From: the human T2T-CHM13v2.0 reference genome, Homo sapiens
Strand: one strand, 5' to 3'
DNA length: 64,000 bases
Assembly (NCBI RefSeq): GCF_009914755.1
Contig: NC_060925.1
In this document: positions 59,335 through 64,000 of the stretch, piece after piece
How positions within the stretch are numbered: position 1 is the first letter of the stretch
Layout: each line of letters begins with the position of its first letter
Translations under genes and position numbers: made by a program
The notes under the pieces: model-generated
Databases searched by the model: none
The model's input: only the letters and a program-made list of their open reading frames with translations
What the model was told of the DNA's origin: nothing

Positions 59335-62300
59335 AGTCCATGTGTAACTTGTATTTACTACTTTGACATGGTTCCTGTTTTGTGATGTGTAATGGGATAC
59401 AGCATCAGATGCAATTTTCTTTTTAGTTGTTAGTTGTAGCATTTTCTTTTTTATATTTTTATAAACGTCTTTAAAATAGAAATCAGGACAGTTTAGCTAT
59501 TTTTTTGTTTGTTTAGCTATTATTTTAAGTGAAAGGGATGCCCTAAAGGTAGCAGGCAGGCAGACAGATTTGCTTTAATTAGGAGTTCCCACCCTTATGA
59601 GTAATTTTTTTTCTCTATTCAGTTGTTTTTTTTTTAATCTTGAGCTTAAAAAATCCTCAGAGTTACAAAACCAAAATTTTGAAAAGTCAGAATTTGGAGA
59701 AAGGAGTCCACTGACCATATAAAGAGAGTAATAGCCACCTAAAAATGACTCGATTGGTGTGTAGGTAAATAATTCTTTTACCAGAAATGTGTGTGACTGA
59801 AATTTGATCAGGGATCTCAAAGATATGCTGGTAAATTGTATAGCAATGTAATTATTTTAATCAGGTATTTGAGTATTTCTTAAGATACAGTTTATTCCCA
59901 GAGAGTTTGCTTTAACATGCATTTTTTAAATCATTTGTTCTAGAGTTCTGTATCCCATATATGCACTTTTGGTTTGTAGCAGTAACTGTTCAGTAAAAAT
60001 TAAGGACTATGTTACAAACCATATATGTCTTATGCTTACACTAGTATGCAAGAAGTGAGTAGGTGCTTTTAAAATCAGAATTCTTTGGTCAGTTATTGGT
60101 GTGTGGTGGTGTTTTTACTGACTTTTTCAGAGAGGTGTAGCAGGTACAGTTCTAATCGTGCATATTTCAAAACTAAGTGTTCTTCATCAAAGATGAGTTT
60201 TTGTTTTTGTATCAATTCAAATTTCTGGTTTCAATAATAGAAAGAAGAGTTGTCTGCAGGCTCATAGTCATCTTTTATTTCAGTGGGCATTTAAATCAGC
60301 CATATTTGGATTGCAGAATTTCTTAAAAAGTCATCATAAAATGCCTTTGACATGCTCTTTTAAAATTTTGCTTGTCTTTTTATTTTCATATTTAAACAGT
60401 AGTGACATTACATTATTGAAAATGTTTTGAACATCTTGGAAATTTTATGTTCAATATTCTCACTGCTGTCCAGCTACGGAATTGAAATGTCAGTGTAGGA
60501 AAACCTTTTTTAATTGTTTTATTTTCCCAGACACCCGGAATTAATACAGGATCATTTAACTTAGCCTCACAGTTTTTTTTTTTTCAAAGGTGAGAATGAT
60601 ATCAACCTCTGGTTCTCAACAAGGACTTTTGCTGCTTAACAGTAATGGATTTTTTTTTTTTAATCTATCCCCTCTGTCCCACCCCTAATTTGTCAGGTCA
60701 TTAGTAAGTATATTTTTCTCCCTTGATTTAAGTGCTGAAGACTTCAGCTAAGGCCCTTGATATTTAATTATGATTAGAGACTTTTGGACCTTCTGGATCA
60801 TGGTCATGTTTCTGTTCTATGAAAGTGACTTAACTTGAAGCCTGGCAGAACCCAACTGTTTTCTTTCTGTTATCAAAGCTGGTAGTTTTGAAATAGCACC
60901 AATAATAACCCAGGGAAATGTCATGTAATTTTTATTTTCCATTATGACAGGTGTCTAATGCATGTCAGCACGAAAGTGTCATCACTGCTGTGTCATCCCT
61001 CTTGGTTTTCACTATGCATCTATAATTTTTTAAGTTTGCAGGTTTTGTGGGGGTTTTTGTTTGTTTGTTTTTAAACTGGAAAAACTAGCCATTTTGAGAG
61101 AAGGAAGGTTCTAGGCTATGAGCATGAAGGTCCTTGTGCCTCTTGGGAAAATACCTGAAATCCTATAATGAAGACTTTTGATGCTTCTTGCTTTCAAAAA
61201 GCTGTGCTTGGTTTGGAGTAGACACCTGTTCAGAAACTAATGCAAGTGTGGAGTCTACATACGTGGGCTCATAGTATAATTTGTGGCCAGCTACATTTTT
61301 CCAGTTTAAATAAACTCACTAACCATTAATTTTTGAATATCTTTTGTTGAGATAGTTGGACAAATGATTTTGCTCTTTTGGAGAGTGAAGTCCATGACAT
61401 CTAATTTTACTGTCATCCAAAATGTGTGTTTTATTTCTTTTCTTTTACTTTCTTTTTTTTTGTTTGTTTTTTGTTTTTTGTTAGTGTGACAGCGTACAGA
61501 AGAGTACTATGTTTTTGCTCCATGTTTGTTTGAATCTTTACCTGACATTGCCGCTTTTGTTAGGTCTGGGCAATTTGTGCTTCAGTGTTTTTGAAACAAT
61601 GGCTTGATACCATTTCTAAATGTATGTATTATAAAAAACTAATTATGTTTAGTTGGTCATTACCTACAGAGTGCCATAGTCCACATGAACCTCATATTTG
61701 TACTGCCCATTCTTTTGTGCAGGTTCATAATATCCATAAAGTATCTAGTTAAACCTTAAGAATTCAAATGAAAGCAAAAGTCTAAAACCGGTTCTACTTC
61801 TCATTAGCCAGGATTTAATAATCCCAACGTTGAATGTTCTTTGTAACAACCAATTTTTTTCTATCTTTCTTCTTTAATTATTTTAATGTAGTTGATTTTT
61901 CTGGAACTCAGTTAAAATGAATGGAAAGAAAACTTCAGGATATCATTTAATGACTATTAAGTATTATTGGTAAAAACGTGAAGATAAGACTTTTGGATCA
62001 CAGCTTCAAATTTTATGGAAAATTAAGCAAGCAATACCTAGCCAATAGTTCTGCTTAACTTTTTGGTTAAGTATTTTGTTGGGATTCCTATAAATAATTT
62101 TTCACACAAAGTTTTAAATTTCTGGTGTACTTTGACTCTCAACTGAGAGTGGATAGAGTTTTTCTTTTGAGGATTACATCTTAAAATGTCCATCGCCTGG
62201 CTGGTTATAAGCATTTGTCACCTTTTGAAGGTAAAATATACTCTGGCCCTTCTTGACTCAGTTACAGGTCATTTTAGGTCCAGTAATAAGAGTCAGGTGT

Positions 62301-62594
62301 TTGGTTATTGCTTTCAGAGTCAGACATTGTTTAGGTTTATTTAAAAACTATTAGCAGGTTTTCACTGACAATGCTTTTTTAAAAATAAAAAATGTAAATC
62401 CACTTTTTTAAGGCAGATTGTTCATTATGCATATACAGCTTGAACTATAGTTTGGGTCCATATAGGAACCAATCACCAAAAACTCTGGTAACAGAATTAG
62501 GAAATCCTCTTGAGAAGAGGGCCTTAATGACCTTTTATGTGAAAAAAATTTTGGAGAGAATTTCTGGACATTTTTTTTTCTGTCTCTCTCACAG

Positions 62595-62665
62595 GGTTTG
62601 GTTTTCAGATAGGAGTTAGGTATGAGAACAAGAAGAGAGAAAACTTGGCGCTGACCCTGTTATAG
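62595..62665 (+). CDS. RBM15: RBM15 exon 2 coding part (exon 62595-62705); gives the 977-aa isoform ending GFGFQIGVRYENKKRENLALTLL*
   Basis: Acceptor tttttttctgtctctctcacag|G and donor cag|gtaacc at 62705/62706. Joined to the phase-1 donor at 59323 it adds 23 aa to 954 aa, giving 977 aa, which matches the canonical C-terminus as recalled. Confidence 0.93.
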
Positions 62666-63363
62666 TGGTTATAGTGGTGTCCCTAAAGGGAGGAAATGAT
62701 TTCAGGTAACCACAGTGAAATGTTAAGCTGAATGAAGAGTTTTATATGTATGGTTTAAACAGAGTTGAAAAGTGAGATTCCTGAAGTGTTCTTTGGCTGT
62801 TTAACAATTATTTGTATGAGTGTTTTATTAAAATAACGGCTGCTGTCTTTGGTAACATAGATGAGGGTGGATTTTTAAATGGCTTTGTATCGACCCCTTT
62901 CTACAATAATGGAGTAGTCTATGTTGCTCCATATAAATTACAGAATGAAAATAGATGGGGCAAAAGTTTGACTAAACTTTACCTTTTTATAGTTTCACTT
63001 TTTAAGTTATATTTAGAATATATTGATAGATTATAAATTGATTGTGAAACTTTTTTCTGAATTTTTTCAACATGTTTTACTCAGTTACATGAGTTAAAGG
63101 ATATTTTCAGTCCTGTTATCTTCAATTGCAGTCTTTAAAAAAACCCACCCTATTGTTCTACTTGTTATATGTCTATTCATACAGTAAATTCATTTCAAGG
63201 TTTATGCCAGTGGGTATTATTGGTGCTTTTTGAAGTTGAGGTGAACCATCCAGGAAGGTCTTGTTAATGTTATGTTCATCTATAATGGCATAGGGGAAAT
63301 ATATATATTTTTAATATTGTAAACATTTGTACTGAATAACCTTTTTTTCCCCCCCTCCGCAAG

Positions 63364-63410
63364 CAAAACTGGTTGAACAGCGGATGAAGATATGGAATTC
63401 AAAGCTCTAA
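63364..63410 (+). CDS. RBM15: RBM15 last exon, coding when exon 2 is skipped; 969-aa isoform ending AKLVEQRMKIWNSKL*
   Basis: Polypyrimidine tract ctttttttccccccctccgc followed by AAG|C. The phase-1 join reads gca aaa ctg ... tca aag ctc taa, matching the recalled short-isoform/mouse C-terminus. Confidence 0.88.
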
Positions 63411-63708
63411 TGGACCTTTTTGAAGAGAAGTTGTGGCTTATGTGGAGTTTACATGGGCCTCTGATGGAAGAAAGCTAATCTGTTTAGTATTTGTGCATTT
63501 TACTAAAATGGCAGCTTAAAGTTGTGTATCTGCTATTGTGATGCCAATGCCGGTGTTTTAAGTGGAAAAAAAATGACCTCTTTGATTTGTGCTGTGTACA
63601 CAAGATTTCTGGAAAAGTAAAGAAAAACCCTTTTTATGGCTCACACAGCTTAAGAGTAGCTGTCTCTCAAACGTGCGCTCACAGTTGAGCTGCTTTTGTT
63701 TTATTCTA

Positions 63709-63714
63709 AATAAA
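63709..63714 (+). terminator. RBM15: RBM15 polyadenylation signal AATAAA
   Basis: AATAAA about 300 nt after the last-exon stop, in U-rich context, with GU/U-rich sequence downstream (tgtttttctg). Confidence 0.75.
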
Positions 63715-64000
63715 TTGTTTCTTTTGAGGAAAATGTTTTTCTGCCTGGAAGTGAATTGACGGCAAACCTTTGACCCCTTTGTTTGCAGCCGAGGGGGTGC
63801 TTGCTGCTGCTCAGATCTTGTATGTCTTGAGCAAGAAGCAGGGAGACCATCAATTTCATTTTGACTATCACGGTGTGTCAATTCTGAAGGATCACTAGTG
63901 TTACTGTTGACCCCCTTTGTTTGCAGTGAAGGGGATCATTTGCTTCTCGGTTCTCAACGTGATGAGGAAATGGTGCTGTTTGCTGGCACGCAAGAAGCCG

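Noticed and set aside
56552-59442. Antisense and alternative-frame ORFs overlapping RBM15
   Set aside because: Expected shadows of a GC-rich coding exon; no independent support.

Overview
Primate (very likely human, chr1p13.3) genomic DNA. The only protein-coding gene is RBM15 (+ strand), which lies behind a CpG-island promoter at about 54.8-57.3 kb. It has a 2.9-kb coding exon 1 (3 RRMs + SPOC), a repeat-free U-rich intron, a 111-nt cassette exon and a last exon with AATAAA; these give three C-termini (957, 977 and 969 aa). The upstream ~54 kb is repeat-rich intergenic DNA (Alu, MaLR/ERV LTRs, L1/L2/MIR, DNA transposons), probably crossed on the minus strand by the divergent lncRNA RBM15-AS1. 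The most notable non-standard structures are: (1) a ~4.2-kb TSD-flanked retrocopy made only of an mRNA 3' UTR (recalled as TNRC6B-like, unverified); (2) three separate locally templated inverted duplications (268 bp inside an Alu, an 18-bp fold-back inside another Alu, and twin inverted L1 3' ends); (3) two TSD-flanked ~35-nt U2 snRNA 5' fragments; (4) candidate RBM15 regulatory features, namely a strong-Kozak uORF in the YY1 motif, a candidate poison exon and an isoform ending in the PTS1 tripeptide -SKL. I find no clearly new multi-gene system. Repeat family names are from memory of consensus sequences, and their boundaries are approximate.
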